A stretch of 64,000 nucleotides of DNA from a virus (taxonomy: Duplodnaviria > Caudoviricetes), in the IMG/VR virus record IMGVR_UViG_3300020419_001132. One strand, 5' to 3'. The notes beneath the pieces are model-generated. The model was not told the DNA's origin and made no database searches. It was given only the letters and a program-made list of their open reading frames with translations. The position numbers were made by a program, and so were the translations under genes. Each line of letters begins with the position of its first letter. Position 1 is the first letter of the stretch. This document shows positions 19,657 to 31,700 of the stretch, piece after piece.

Positions 19657-19977
19657 TTATGCTGTAGATGTTTCTACACCCATAACTACTGCAGAACAGT
19701 TAGCTAGTGTAGATCTTACTACTATTTTTTTAGTTGTGTCCAAGACTATACCTGTTCTTTCAACGACACCTTTTGGTAAAAGTTGTGCGTCATACTCTAT
19801 AAATTCAGCGTTTGTCGGCGTGTCTGCCGCCGCAACTGCAATTCTTACTGCTGAAGTGCTTGTTCCTCTGTTACAAATACTAACAGAGACAACACTAAAA
19901 GTAGTTGCAGGAACTGTGTATATAGTAGTATTAGTAGCCGGTGATAAATCTCCTGAACCTAATATTCCTGTTGCCAT
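19657..19977 (-). CDS. Small beta-rich virion protein (paralog of 34669..34998 and 44642..44974)
   Basis: Shared pattern I(C/T)N...(I/L)VL...K...V.(Y/G)(V/L)E. Confidence 0.7.
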   Translation of the reverse strand: MATGILGSGDLSPATNTTIYTVPATTFSVVSVSICNRGTSTSAVRIAVAAADTPTNAEFIEYDAQLLPKGVVERTGIVLDTTKKIVVRSTLANCSAVVMGVETSTA

Positions 19978-19993
19978 TTTTCTCTCTCCAATG

Positions 19994-22900
19994 TTATCTT
20001 AACATATAGTTAATTGCTAGTGGTAATCCTACGACCCCACCTTTAAAGTTAACTGTAGCATTGATATTTATCGTAGTACCAGTCACGGTGGTAATCTGAT
20101 TGGTACCAATAAAAATATCTCCAGCTGTTACAGTATTAACGTTTAGTGACGCACCACCGCCACCAATTTGTGCCTCTATGTATGCCTTAACTGCACGTTG
20201 GGTTGGAACAACACTATCTGAATTTGCAGTCATAAACTGATCTGTACTAAATTCTGAAACTGCCGCAGAGTTACCGCCTAGTGTAACCTCTCCCAATGAA
20301 AGTTCTTGTAATCCTGCAATATTAAATGCGTCTGCATTCAATGTAGCAACACCTGTTGCTTGTTCAACGTTAAACAAGTCACCAACTCTAAAGTTACCAT
20401 CTTGGTCAGTTGATGTAAAGAACACCCTACCGCCGTTATTTTGATTAGTTTCTTGAGCTGGTATCGGTGCTATTGCAGGTGTTCCAGGATAATTTGTAGA
20501 TGTAAATCCTCCTGTACCAATATCTAAGAAATCGTGTCCTGTTAAACGTACTTGAGAATATCTAATTCTCATTGTAGTTGGATCACCATGTGGTGGTGAT
20601 AAAGCATGTGTCATGTTAGGCGAAACATTAAGGAATGTTGTATAACTTCCGTCCTGTGTACCAAGGAACGTAACTGTGTTTACTAGTTTGTATACCTGAT
20701 TAGGTATGCTATCAAACACAACATTTGACCCTGGTGTTGGTCTTTCAGTAAGTTGTCTAACTGCAACAAATGTGCCTGTCTGGAAGAAGTCTGCAAAACC
20801 ATTGTTTCCAGTGCTTGACAATTCAGCTGATGCCGCCGCGTATCCACTACCTCTATTAGTAAATGTTGGATTACCTAAACATCCACTTCCTAATCTTACT
20901 GTAGTTTGAACATCAAATACATTGTTAGGATCTGTTATTGTCATTGTAGGTGCACCACTAACATATCCACAACCTGGCTCAACTAATCTTACTTCAAAAA
21001 TCTTTTCACTTGCAACTCCAGCTCTACCAATTGCTGTAACACCTGTTTGCATCCTTGCAATATGTTGTTCTGTTGTACCATTACCTTTGGCCATCCAGTA
21101 ACCTACTTGATTTGGATTACCAAAACAAACTGCCTGGTAACCTGTAATAGCACCATCTGGGTCGCCTATTGCAGTTCTAGTTGTCCAATTTGCTCCGTCT
21201 TCAGTTACTGAAACTGAATTGTATGCTTCTAAATCTGATGCGTTTCCTGGTCCAACTGCCATAAACAGTCCTTGTCCGTACTTAATGTGTGTATACTGTA
21301 CTATACTAGAACCGTCTACGCTTGGAGCTGTAGCATCAATCCAAGTAGCTCCTCTATCCTGACTATATGCCGCTTTGTTGTCGTCACTAGCAATAGTAAT
21401 AAATCTGTTCTTACCAAATGCAACACCCACCCAAGCACTTGTACCTGGTAGTGTAGTAGTTGTCCATGTATCTGCATTATTAAATGCCGCATATGCCGCA
21501 GTAGTTGTTCCGCCTCTAACAGCAACAACTCTTTCTGCCCCATATGCTATGCCTGTATAACCAGTTGTAGCTAATGCATTACTATTCTGTACCCATGTTG
21601 CACCACCGTCACCTGATTCAAAAACATGTCTTGAGCCTTCAAATATTAAGAAGAACTTGTTTTTACCAAAACATATATGTGGTTCTGAATTGTAAGGTCC
21701 GCCTGGAAGATCATTTGCGTTAGTCCAAGTAGTATTGTCTGCACTATACCATACAGGTTTAGTGCTAACACTCGCTTGTGATACAATTACTGTTGAACTT
21801 GTTCTTTCTGTTGACGATCCGTCATTTAATACTCCTGTGCAAAGTTTAACAGATCCTGTAGGTGCTGTTCCTGGTAATGTAGCTGAGGTCCAGTTTGCAC
21901 CAAAGTCTACACTCTTACGAACATCTGCTGATGCACTTGCAACTTCTAGGAATGCTCCTGAAAGGCCTAAGCCATCTGAGTCAACAACAGTTATTGCACC
22001 AGTCGTACTGTTTATACTTGTAACAGTTAGTGTCAAATCATTTGCTGGTGTTGCACCGCCTAAACTTGTTCCTGGTATAACTATTGTGTCGCCCCGTGCA
22101 TATGATGTTCCACCGTTCTGTACTGTTACAACATATTTGCTTGTGTTCCTATAAACTGTAAATCTAGAACTAGTACCAGCTGTTGTTGTCTCTGTACCTT
22201 GAATATTACTATAGATATTTGCTGTTTCACAATACTCCATGTCAGTAGTATTTCTATTTGCACCTAAAACTTGTGCAACTGAGGTATGTGGTGGAGCACT
22301 AAACTCTATGCAAGGTTCTATCAAGTAAATTGATGTTGCATTAGGAGCAACAATAGGTGTTCCTGGATTTAGATGTTCCCAACCAGAGGTTCCGTCATTT
22401 TTAAGTACCGCGGCCAATTTCGCACCACTGTTGTATGTGCTAATTTTACCATACTGTCCTACAGCTTGTCCGCCTGTAATAACAACTCTCATTCCTACAT
22501 ATGCACTATCTGATCTACCATCAGTTGCCGCAATAGTAATTGCAGATGTTGTTCCTGTTTGTGCAGTATTTGTTGTTACAATGTATCCTTTACCGCCTAA
22601 ATCTCCACTGGAATCATCAAGATCTAAAATTCTAATTCTATTAACAGCATTGTCTCTAAACTCGTCTGCTTCAGTTTTTGCTCCAGTACCAGAACCAAAT
22701 ATGCCAATAGCAGATTCTGTGTAATTATTACCTGCATGATCGAATTCAATTGTTATTGGTTGATTACCATCTGTTTCTACTTTTGTTGCAGTAGCTTTGA
22801 ATTGGAATTTGTTATCAACAATTCCTGTTACAGCTATTTCAGTGTTGTCTACACCTTCTGCAACAGATCCAAATGTTCCGTATGAGTTGTTACCATTTGT

Positions 22901-25900
22901 TGCACGTATTCTACCGCCTGCTTCAGCTAAGTAACCAATGTGTGAATAGTAAGTAAACACAGACACAAGCTCAGCTCTACCATTGTTAGTAATCCAAGCA
23001 CCTATACCATCTGATATAACCTGTGTAAAGTCGTTTGACACGATTGAATCGTTACCACCGTTGTGTAATGCACCATCAATCTTTTGACCTATTGCCGCAT
23101 TACCAAATGTAGTTACGTTTTGTACATACGGTGATCTTTCAGTAATCCATACTCTCTTATCATCTGGTCCCCAACCTGGATCAAGTGATGCATAAGCACC
23201 TGCACTAACTCTGCTAGTACCATATGCGTTTGCTTGTAATAAATCACCATTTAAATCTTTAAGTGATTGTAATCTTAATCCTGTTGCATTTCTCAAGTAG
23301 TACATATCTTCTTCTTGAGATCCCATTACAGCATTAATATAATACCTTGCTGAAAATTTTGATCTGTAGTTTGCTGGTAATACAAGTTCAACATCATGTG
23401 AGAAAGAGCATGTATATGGTCTAGTATAATCTTTAGGATAAACTAGATCCCATTTCATTCCATCTACAATTTCTCTAACGTCTCTTGAACATGCAGTTGT
23501 AAATTGATGATCATATATTGGTTGTACAGTACAATTTGATTGGCTTTCAAGAATTGTTTTCTTAGAACCGCCAGGTGTTTCTGAAATTGTAAACTCGTTA
23601 TCATTTACAACTTCTTTAACATAATAAGTTGTTCCTGCAACTAATCCTAAATCTGATACAGAAGTACTAGAGTCTCCTTCGTCTACAAATTTAACTGCAA
23701 GATGTTCTTCTAACCAAGTTGCGTTTTGAGTCATTACAGAGTTTGCAGTAGAACTTACAAAAGTATGGGTATATCTTTGCCCAACTGGTGATGATCCAAC
23801 GTCAACTGTAATTGTATATGTTGTTGCGGCTCTAACTCTTAATAGTGTATCATGGGCCATATCCGAAACTCTTGGATATGGATGATTACTACTATGACCG
23901 TCGAACGAGCAAGTAAACACTAAGCTATCTTTTTTAATTTTTACATGATCGTTAGTTGTAAGGTTGTGTGCTGTAGGAAATGTTAATACCATTATACCTG
24001 TAGTAGCATTGTAAGTTACTGCATTAGGAGTAAAGTTTCTACCAACACTAATCTGTGAACTTGTAACGTTTGTAGATTCAATGGTAGACTTAAAGTGAGT
24101 ATCTACATAACTAGTTGCTTCTTCAACTAAAAACTCTTTGTTAAGTTCGAGCATTCTTTGAGCCGCAAAATTATTAAGTTCTGAAATTTGTTTATTGTTT
24201 GCTTCGTTACCTGCTCCAAAAATTATGTCTGATATCCATTCCCAAGTAAAGTTTATTCCTGAGACCGCAGTTGCATTAAAGTTAACTTTTTTCAGTGCCG
24301 CTTTTCTTTCAAACTCTAAAGCCGCTAATGAAAAATCTTTTTGACTTCCTATAGTTTTTTTAGATGCAGTATTTCGTAGGTATGCATATGCCGCAAACAT
24401 ACTGGCCATATTTGTACCTAACATGAAATCATATCTACACGCATCCACTATGTATTTTAAATCTCTAGTACACTTTGCATGATCGTATACTAGCTTTTGG
24501 TATGTATCACTTATGTATTGTACAACACCTCTAATAGTTTCTTCTAAATCACTTTCTATGTTAGCAAATGCAGTTTGATATTCAGAATCTGCCCAAGTAA
24601 TTGCAGGGTATGTAATAGGTTTAGCTTGTAATACTAATATGCTATCTGCTACACCACTCACAAATGAGTGTGCTGATGTATTTTGAGATTGGCCAACATT
24701 AACAGTAATTGTTGTCGCTGTTTCTGCTGTAATTCTTAATCTTTTCTTATGTGCTGGATCTGTAGATCTTGGATAATCATGATTTGTTGCATTACCGTCC
24801 ATTGCACAAGTAAATCTAATTGCATTATCAGCAATTCTTACTTCGCCGCCTACTTCTAAATTATGAGCACCAATAGTTACAACCATGTCACCTGTGAAGG
24901 GATTATAAGTTGCGCCTGATGGTGTTCTAGTTTGTAAAACATCAAGTGTAAGATCAACACCTGCTTGTACCGAAGCCGCTTCAGTTGCTGTAGCCGCCGC
25001 TCCGTAAGTTACCTGTGTTTCACTGTTTCCTGTTTGTTTTGTGATTGAACTTTCTTGTACAATGTCGTCTAAGATAGACTTCATGTGTGTATATGCACCT
25101 CTTACAACGGCTGTTCCGCTTCCGTCTACACCGTATGTAAGAATTAAGTCGTCATCGATAAAACTATCTGCAATTCTTGACGCCGCTTGATTACCACCAT
25201 ATAGCACGTCATATGCTAACGCATCAATTAGATATTCTGTATCTCTAGTACACTTTGCAACAGTATGAGAATGACTTCCATGATTGACTGCTACCCAAGC
25301 ATTAACGTCTGCTACTATAAATGCTTTATTTCCTATTAACAAGTTTTTAGCATCAACTTTGTCCTGTACAACACCTGCAGGACTCGGTAATGTCAATGCA
25401 TCAGCTACACCGTCTCCTGGTTTAGTATTTGATAATACACCAAGTTCAATAATATTTGTTACTTCGTTAAATGCTGTAGTAATTCTACTTGAAGCATTAC
25501 TTGATCCAGTTGCACTGGATCCATCAGTTGTGACAGAAACTTTTAACAAATCTCTTGCTTTGTTTATTCCAGCAATAGTTTGTGTCATCTGTGTAGATTG
25601 CGTATATTGTGCGTTTCCTCTTTTATAAGAAATACCTGTATATACAGCATTAAAATTTGTACCCATTGCTACGTCATATTTTAAATCTTTAACAATTTTT
25701 CTAATATCTCTTCTGCAATAGTAGCTTTTATGTCTGTATGTTCCGAAGTTTTCACTAACAAAGTCTATAGCATCTTCAGCAATTTCTACAACAGATTCCC
25801 TAAGACTGTTAGAAGCATCTATTAACGCAGAATTTACTCCTGATGTATCAGGATATGTAATACTTGCGGCTGTTGGACCGTTATTAATAATATCAATTAT

Positions 25901-28690
25901 ACCTTGCATCAAAGTAGCAATAGTACTTGCTACGCCTGATGTACTGTTATTTGATCCTGTCTTTTGAGTGTATAAAGAGTTTAACACAGGACTAAGTGTA
26001 AAGTTTTGTCCTACTGTTTGTAAAATTGTTTTTAAGTAGCCATATGCACCTAGTGTAGCAGTTTTTTCTGTTAAGTTTTGTGATAAAACATTTGTACCAC
26101 TCCAGTATGCTAAACCTGCATTTTGCATTTGCCAGTTTCCGCCATAAGTTAAATCATATGCCAATGCATCTAGTATGTAACAAACATCTCTTCTACATTT
26201 TGTTTTACTATATTTTATTGTTGTATAATTTGCAGAAATATATGAAATAATTTCTTCTTGTAAAAATTCTTTGTTTAACAAGATATTATTTCTAGCATAT
26301 CCTTTAGCTGGAGTTGACATATCATACGCAGGAGTGTAAATGGCCTCAACCATTGTTTGAACACCTTTGTCTATGTTACGTTTTATAACTCTACCTAATA
26401 ATTCTGCAGATTTCTTTTCCTTATGATCTCCGATAGGCCATGTTACATCTTGTGTGTTTGTCATTGTAGCTTTTGTTCCGGTTATGCCTGCTCCAGAAAC
26501 TACATGTCCTACAACTTCTGATAATCTATCAATTGCTTTTAAACTCCATTTTGCATCAACTTTTTCAGTTGCAATAGAGTCTGCTTTTGTTTGTGGACTT
26601 ACACTTACTGCACGAAGTTCGTCACCCATTACACAGCAAAGTGCTGGTACTCTAATAGGTAATACTTCTTTATAAGTTCCAGTTGCTACTCTAACAAGTG
26701 TATTCTTTTCGATTCTTGCTGGAACATTTGTATTAACACCTGCTGTAATAGCATCTGTAATAATTTTAATATTAGCATCTATACCAAGTGCAGTAGAAGT
26801 TCCTTCTGCTATTAATGAAGATTGCTTATATTGTACTACTATAGCTGTTGAATTATCACCGTTCGTTGTTTGATAATTTGTTGAAGGATCTGTTTGTGCT
26901 AAAACATTACCTATAACTGTTAATCCATAATTAATAGCGGCAACCGTTTCTTCTTTTTGTCCTTGCAAATAAAAGTTAGGAGCATTGTCAGTATATTCTA
27001 ACGCTGACTCTCTACTTTTAACATTTCCGCCGTGACACAGATCGTATATAATTGCATCAACAATATACCCCATGTCTCTTTCACATTTTGTTTGTTCGTA
27101 TTTGTAAGAACCTGTAAATGGAGAAATAGTATTAGCTACTTGATATTCTACCCATTCTACAATTTCTCTTTGTATAAAAATTCTGTTTAATTCTAAAAGT
27201 CTTCTTGCTTCTGGATACTTTGTGCCATTTTCAATCTGCATACAAGCAAATCTAATCGTTTTGAACGGAGATTCTATTGTTGTACCTCTAACTGGAGCTT
27301 TTGCATCAACTCCGTTTGGTGAAACATAATACACATCTGGATTTTCTCCAAAATATGTCCATTCTGGAACTCCACTATTTGAAACTCTAAGCACCTGTCC
27401 GTCAGTACCAATAGGCAATCTAGTTGGTCCAGATCCACCATAGTAAACCAAGTCACCTGTAGTTGTAAGTACACTTGTTTCAGATCCTGTAACTAACAAG
27501 TTCCAAAATGTTCCTGTACTATCTAAATCTGGTTTAGAGTTTTGTGCTCCACCGCCTGCACCAGTTCTAGTTTCAGTTGAGTAATCATCGCCTTCTGATA
27601 CATGTGATTTTACACAAACATAAGCATTGGTGCCAAATCTTATAACATCGCCAATGACATAATAAGCATCGTCCATCCACTGGCCTCTAAATTTAAATCC
27701 GTAATTTAGTAAGTCCCAATATGTTGTCCAGTCACCTGCATATCCTGGTTCTTTGTTATTACTATCAGCTTTTGCCATGTATGTATGGCCACCTACAGTA
27801 ACAACATCACCTGTTAAATAATCTTGTGAGGAAGAGTCATCACCCCATATTCCTCTAAAATTCATTCCTTTTGAAAATACTTGCCAGTCTGCTGTACTTG
27901 ATGTACACTTAACATCTGTATTTTGTCTAAGTGCAATATACTGATAGCCGCCCCATCTGACTATATCACCTTTTTGGTAGATTCCTCCAGGCGCCCAAAC
28001 ATTTTCAAATTGAATGCCTTCTACAAACTCGCTCCAATTTGCACTATCCCCAGCAAATGTGCTTGAAGTATGTGCTGATGTTGCAATGTATAGTCCACCA
28101 CCGTATTTTACAACGTCATTTACTTTATATCTTATACCTGTTGCCCAAGCAGTTTTATATTCTACTCCAGGATTAAATGAATCCCATTTTGCTTGGTCAG
28201 CTTCTAATCCGCTTGATGCTGAAGCATTTGATGTATGGTGTGTATTACAAACATAAGTTTGTCCTCCATATCTGACTAAATCGTTTGCTTTATATCTTGT
28301 ATTAGTCGACCAAGTGCTTTTCCAATCAAGCCCTGCGCCAAATAAATCCCAATTAGCTATGTCTGCTTCTAATCCAGCAGTTGCAGAAGAGTTTGAAGTG
28401 TGTACTGCTTTAGCTATATAAAGATTTGCACCGTATTTTACAATATCATTATAAACATAAGAAGTACTTATTGCCCAATCGCCCTTCCATGATTGACCAT
28501 CACTTACTAGATTCCATTTTGTTGGTGAAACATCTAAGTCTGTAAAAAAGTCTGCCGCCGCTGTGTGGCCTGTTACACAAATGTATACCCTGCCTCCAAA
28601 GCGTATAACGTCATCTCTATAATAAGATGTGCCAGTTACCCACGCATCTTTCCAAACAAATCTAATTCTACCTAATTTAAATTCTGCCAT
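19994..28690 (-). CDS. Giant virion fibre/baseplate-appendage protein (2898 aa)
   Basis: N-terminal WxxxTxYxxxDxVxYGGxxY (CBM5/12-like) repeats; FYVSPNGVD...RSPYVQNVTT beta-helix core; six C-x-R-D helical repeats; BNR/Asp-box (SxDxGxxW) repeats; C-terminal GHDFLDIG...TSTDQDGNFRVG. Confidence 0.85.
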   Translation of the reverse strand: MAEFKLGRIRFVWKDAWVTGTSYYRDDVIRFGGRVYICVTGHTAAADFFTDLDVSPTKWNLVSDGQSWKGDWAISTSYVYNDIVKYGANLYIAKAVHTSNSSATAGLEADIANWDLFGAGLDWKSTWSTNTRYKANDLVRYGGQTYVCNTHHTSNASASSGLEADQAKWDSFNPGVEYKTAWATGIRYKVNDVVKYGGGLYIATSAHTSSTFAGDSANWSEFVEGIQFENVWAPGGIYQKGDIVRWGGYQYIALRQNTDVKCTSSTADWQVFSKGMNFRGIWGDDSSSQDYLTGDVVTVGGHTYMAKADSNNKEPGYAGDWTTYWDLLNYGFKFRGQWMDDAYYVIGDVIRFGTNAYVCVKSHVSEGDDYSTETRTGAGGGAQNSKPDLDSTGTFWNLLVTGSETSVLTTTGDLVYYGGSGPTRLPIGTDGQVLRVSNSGVPEWTYFGENPDVYYVSPNGVDAKAPVRGTTIESPFKTIRFACMQIENGTKYPEARRLLELNRIFIQREIVEWVEYQVANTISPFTGSYKYEQTKCERDMGYIVDAIIYDLCHGGNVKSRESALEYTDNAPNFYLQGQKEETVAAINYGLTVIGNVLAQTDPSTNYQTTNGDNSTAIVVQYKQSSLIAEGTSTALGIDANIKIITDAITAGVNTNVPARIEKNTLVRVATGTYKEVLPIRVPALCCVMGDELRAVSVSPQTKADSIATEKVDAKWSLKAIDRLSEVVGHVVSGAGITGTKATMTNTQDVTWPIGDHKEKKSAELLGRVIKRNIDKGVQTMVEAIYTPAYDMSTPAKGYARNNILLNKEFLQEEIISYISANYTTIKYSKTKCRRDVCYILDALAYDLTYGGNWQMQNAGLAYWSGTNVLSQNLTEKTATLGAYGYLKTILQTVGQNFTLSPVLNSLYTQKTGSNNSTSGVASTIATLMQGIIDIINNGPTAASITYPDTSGVNSALIDASNSLRESVVEIAEDAIDFVSENFGTYRHKSYYCRRDIRKIVKDLKYDVAMGTNFNAVYTGISYKRGNAQYTQSTQMTQTIAGINKARDLLKVSVTTDGSSATGSSNASSRITTAFNEVTNIIELGVLSNTKPGDGVADALTLPSPAGVVQDKVDAKNLLIGNKAFIVADVNAWVAVNHGSHSHTVAKCTRDTEYLIDALAYDVLYGGNQAASRIADSFIDDDLILTYGVDGSGTAVVRGAYTHMKSILDDIVQESSITKQTGNSETQVTYGAAATATEAASVQAGVDLTLDVLQTRTPSGATYNPFTGDMVVTIGAHNLEVGGEVRIADNAIRFTCAMDGNATNHDYPRSTDPAHKKRLRITAETATTITVNVGQSQNTSAHSFVSGVADSILVLQAKPITYPAITWADSEYQTAFANIESDLEETIRGVVQYISDTYQKLVYDHAKCTRDLKYIVDACRYDFMLGTNMASMFAAYAYLRNTASKKTIGSQKDFSLAALEFERKAALKKVNFNATAVSGINFTWEWISDIIFGAGNEANNKQISELNNFAAQRMLELNKEFLVEEATSYVDTHFKSTIESTNVTSSQISVGRNFTPNAVTYNATTGIMVLTFPTAHNLTTNDHVKIKKDSLVFTCSFDGHSSNHPYPRVSDMAHDTLLRVRAATTYTITVDVGSSPVGQRYTHTFVSSTANSVMTQNATWLEEHLAVKFVDEGDSSTSVSDLGLVAGTTYYVKEVVNDNEFTISETPGGSKKTILESQSNCTVQPIYDHQFTTACSRDVREIVDGMKWDLVYPKDYTRPYTCSFSHDVELVLPANYRSKFSARYYINAVMGSQEEDMYYLRNATGLRLQSLKDLNGDLLQANAYGTSRVSAGAYASLDPGWGPDDKRVWITERSPYVQNVTTFGNAAIGQKIDGALHNGGNDSIVSNDFTQVISDGIGAWITNNGRAELVSVFTYYSHIGYLAEAGGRIRATNGNNSYGTFGSVAEGVDNTEIAVTGIVDNKFQFKATATKVETDGNQPITIEFDHAGNNYTESAIGIFGSGTGAKTEADEFRDNAVNRIRILDLDDSSGDLGGKGYIVTTNTAQTGTTSAITIAATDGRSDSAYVGMRVVITGGQAVGQYGKISTYNSGAKLAAVLKNDGTSGWEHLNPGTPIVAPNATSIYLIEPCIEFSAPPHTSVAQVLGANRNTTDMEYCETANIYSNIQGTETTTAGTSSRFTVYRNTSKYVVTVQNGGTSYARGDTIVIPGTSLGGATPANDLTLTVTSINSTTGAITVVDSDGLGLSGAFLEVASASADVRKSVDFGANWTSATLPGTAPTGSVKLCTGVLNDGSSTERTSSTVIVSQASVSTKPVWYSADNTTWTNANDLPGGPYNSEPHICFGKNKFFLIFEGSRHVFESGDGGATWVQNSNALATTGYTGIAYGAERVVAVRGGTTTAAYAAFNNADTWTTTTLPGTSAWVGVAFGKNRFITIASDDNKAAYSQDRGATWIDATAPSVDGSSIVQYTHIKYGQGLFMAVGPGNASDLEAYNSVSVTEDGANWTTRTAIGDPDGAITGYQAVCFGNPNQVGYWMAKGNGTTEQHIARMQTGVTAIGRAGVASEKIFEVRLVEPGCGYVSGAPTMTITDPNNVFDVQTTVRLGSGCLGNPTFTNRGSGYAAASAELSSTGNNGFADFFQTGTFVAVRQLTERPTPGSNVVFDSIPNQVYKLVNTVTFLGTQDGSYTTFLNVSPNMTHALSPPHGDPTTMRIRYSQVRLTGHDFLDIGTGGFTSTNYPGTPAIAPIPAQETNQNNGGRVFFTSTDQDGNFRVGDLFNVEQATGVATLNADAFNIAGLQELSLGEVTLGGNSAAVSEFSTDQFMTANSDSVVPTQRAVKAYIEAQIGGGGASLNVNTVTAGDIFIGTNQITTVTGTTININATVNFKGGVVGLPLAINYMLR

Positions 28691-28709
28691 TTAATTGCTC
28701 CAACTGTAA

Positions 28710-28717
28710 TATTTATC
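28710..28717 (-). promoter_or_regulatory. Late promoter-like motif GATAAATA
   Basis: In the 47-bp gap upstream of the 2898-aa gene, ahead of GGAG. Confidence 0.6.
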
Positions 28718-28737
28718 AATATCGAAAAACAACATAC

Positions 28738-31700
28738 TTAATCTTCCTTCAAAAATAGTCGCATTGCGAGTGGCATTCCAGTAACTCCTGCATATTGTCC
28801 TGCAAAATTTGTAGTTTTCGGAAATTGTATTTCAAACGCTGTTCCCGGCACAGTTCCACTTACGAGTCCGCCATCTCCAGTATGTTGAATAATATCATTT
28901 TCACCGCCTATTTTAACTAAACCTGCTGTTAAGTCATTAGTTTCTATTTCTGATCCACCTTCTGACAATCGTGTTGCTAAGAAAGTTACGACTGCTTTTT
29001 GCGTAGGCACAATGTTATTAGAATCTTCAATAAACAATGGGTCTGTAGAAAATTCTCTAACTACAGTACCACTACCGCCTAATCTAACGCCGCCGAGTGC
29101 TAATTCAGAAAGCCCGTCTAGGTCAAAGAAATCAGCACTAATTGTTACGATGCCAGTTCCTTGTTCAACACTGAACAATTCACCAGCCCTAAAGTTACCA
29201 TCTTGGTCTGTTGATGTATAAAACACCCTTCCACCATCGTCTTCATAAGTTTCATTTTCTGGATAAACATCATATACATTTCCAGCAACATACAGTTCAG
29301 GATAATTTGTTTGTGTAAAGTTACCACTGCCTATGTCAAGAAGATCATGTCCAGAAATTCTACACTGACTATATAGTTCTCTAATTGAAACTGCTGTTCC
29401 GTGAGCTAAATTATCTGAATTTTCCAACTTTGGTGATATCCTAAATAATACTCTTTTAGTTCCATTACCAGACCCGTCATCTCCAAGCTCGGTGACTTTC
29501 ACTGCTGTAAACGCTCTTAGATCTGTTAAATCTTCTGTCGTATCAGTATTCATTACTCCGGTAATAGATATTTGTGCTCCAGGTCCTGGATAAGCTCCTG
29601 ATAATCCTACAACAGTTAAGTCAGTTGAGTTAGATGGTATCTTATCTGCATATCCGTCACCTGTTAAAGTAACAGTTGTTGTACTAGTTCTATAACCTAT
29701 ACCTCTGTTTATAAAGGTTGGTTGTGCAAGTACGCCATCACCTATTCTCATCTGTACCTGAGCGTCTGTTGTTCCTTTGTTGTCAAAAATAGTTAAAGTT
29801 GGCGCACTAGTGTATCCTGAACCAGGATCCCAAATCTTTAAGAAACCAATTACTCCAGTTGATATATTTGCTATAACTTTTGCTTTTGCTCCTTGTCCTA
29901 CTGCTAATGCAGTATTGCCGCCTTTTGCTAATACAAGCCAATTTTTATTATACTTGCCATATGCACAAGAACTAAACTTATTCGAAAATGTTAAATCACG
30001 TTTGGTCCATGTATATCCATCAGGTGATGATGCCGCTATGGTAGTTGGTCCTGTTGTTGCATCTCCTGCTATAATTCTATTTCCAGTATCACACACAGCA
30101 AAAAATACCCCGTTTCCGTATCTTACTTTGTTCCAATTCATGTGTGTAGAATCATCTAGGTTTGGCATGTTAGATGTCTGCCATGTTTCCGTTACCGGAT
30201 CTCCAATGCAGTATATTGCTTGACCAGTATTTTTTGATACTGCTACAAATCTTCCATTACCAAAAGTTAAGTTACACCAGTCATATGCTCCGCCTGGCGT
30301 TGGAAGTTTATCTTCTGTCACTGTCCAAGTAATTCCATCACTAGATGTTGCAATAGCTCTGTCACTTCCAGATAATGCAACCCATTTTCCGTAACCATAA
30401 CTTACACCTTGCCACTGTTTGGAAGATGATGATAAGTCATCTGATGTACTTGCTGGAATACTGGTTTGAGCCCATGTAGTTCCGTTAGCACTATAAAATA
30501 CTCTATTATCATCTTCGCACACTATGATAAATTGTCCATTGGCATAATGTATATCTTTTAGTGGTGCCGAAGAAGGTAGTGTTGTCACAGCCCATGTTTT
30601 TCCTGTTCGACTATAATTTATAACATCAGTAACAGTATTTGATATCGCAACAAATGTTGTTCCGCCGTGTGCTATAGTCTTCCATGTTTGCGTTGATGCA
30701 GTAAATATTTCACTCCAGGATGTTCCGTCATCGGAGTATGCACTATAATTACCTTCAGCTACTGCTAACCATCTTCCTGCAAATCCAGATCCTTGTACAG
30801 TTACAGTAACAATACTGTTTGTACTATCATCAGAAACTGATGCAACTCTTATTATACAATCGTTTGTAGGACTAGTTCCACCTAATGCTGTTCCTGCAAT
30901 AGTAGTAGTATCACCAACTGCATATCCAATTCCAGTACTCTGTAAAACCGCTGTGTATGTAGCACCAGTTTTAATTATTCTAATAACAGCCGGAGCAGGA
31001 GTTGTATCTATAGTTGTTCCAGTACCTGTACTCATCACATTATTATCATATTGTTCTCTTGTCTCTCCCCATGCCGCGTCAACCCATTCCTTAGGTGATG
31101 TAGGCATTGAATTAGGTAATGTTCTAGTATTAACTGTAAACGGTGGTTCAGATACTGTTATCCTTGGTTGAATTCTATATTGTGTATTTGTTTGTAATGA
31201 TGCTGAAATTTCAAATCCAGGAATAATATGATCCCATCCTGCAGTACCGTCTGTGTGTTTATATATTTGTGCTACTTTTGTACTATCGTTGTATGCTTGT
31301 ATATAACCATATTGTCCTGTTCCTACACCAGAGGTTAAAACTATAAGTTGTCCTATGTAATCTGCTGTTACAGCTGAATCATTACTTGCAAGTGTAATAC
31401 TTGTTGTATTTCCTGTTTGTGCATTGTTACCTACATTTGTATAGTTTGCACCACCTATGTTAGCACTATCGTCTGCTTGTATTAATCTTGCTTCGAATAA
31501 TGAGTCGTCTCTAATATCGTCAAATGATGTGTTTACAAAATTTCCAGAACCAACTACATTGATTGATGCAGAGGTATAATTTTCTCCACAATGTCTATAT
31601 TCAAATGCAAGTATTTTATCTGTAACTTCTCCAGCAAACGCAAATGCAACTTCGGCTTCGTTGTTTCTATTATCAACAGTTGCAGTTTTAGGAGTTTCTG

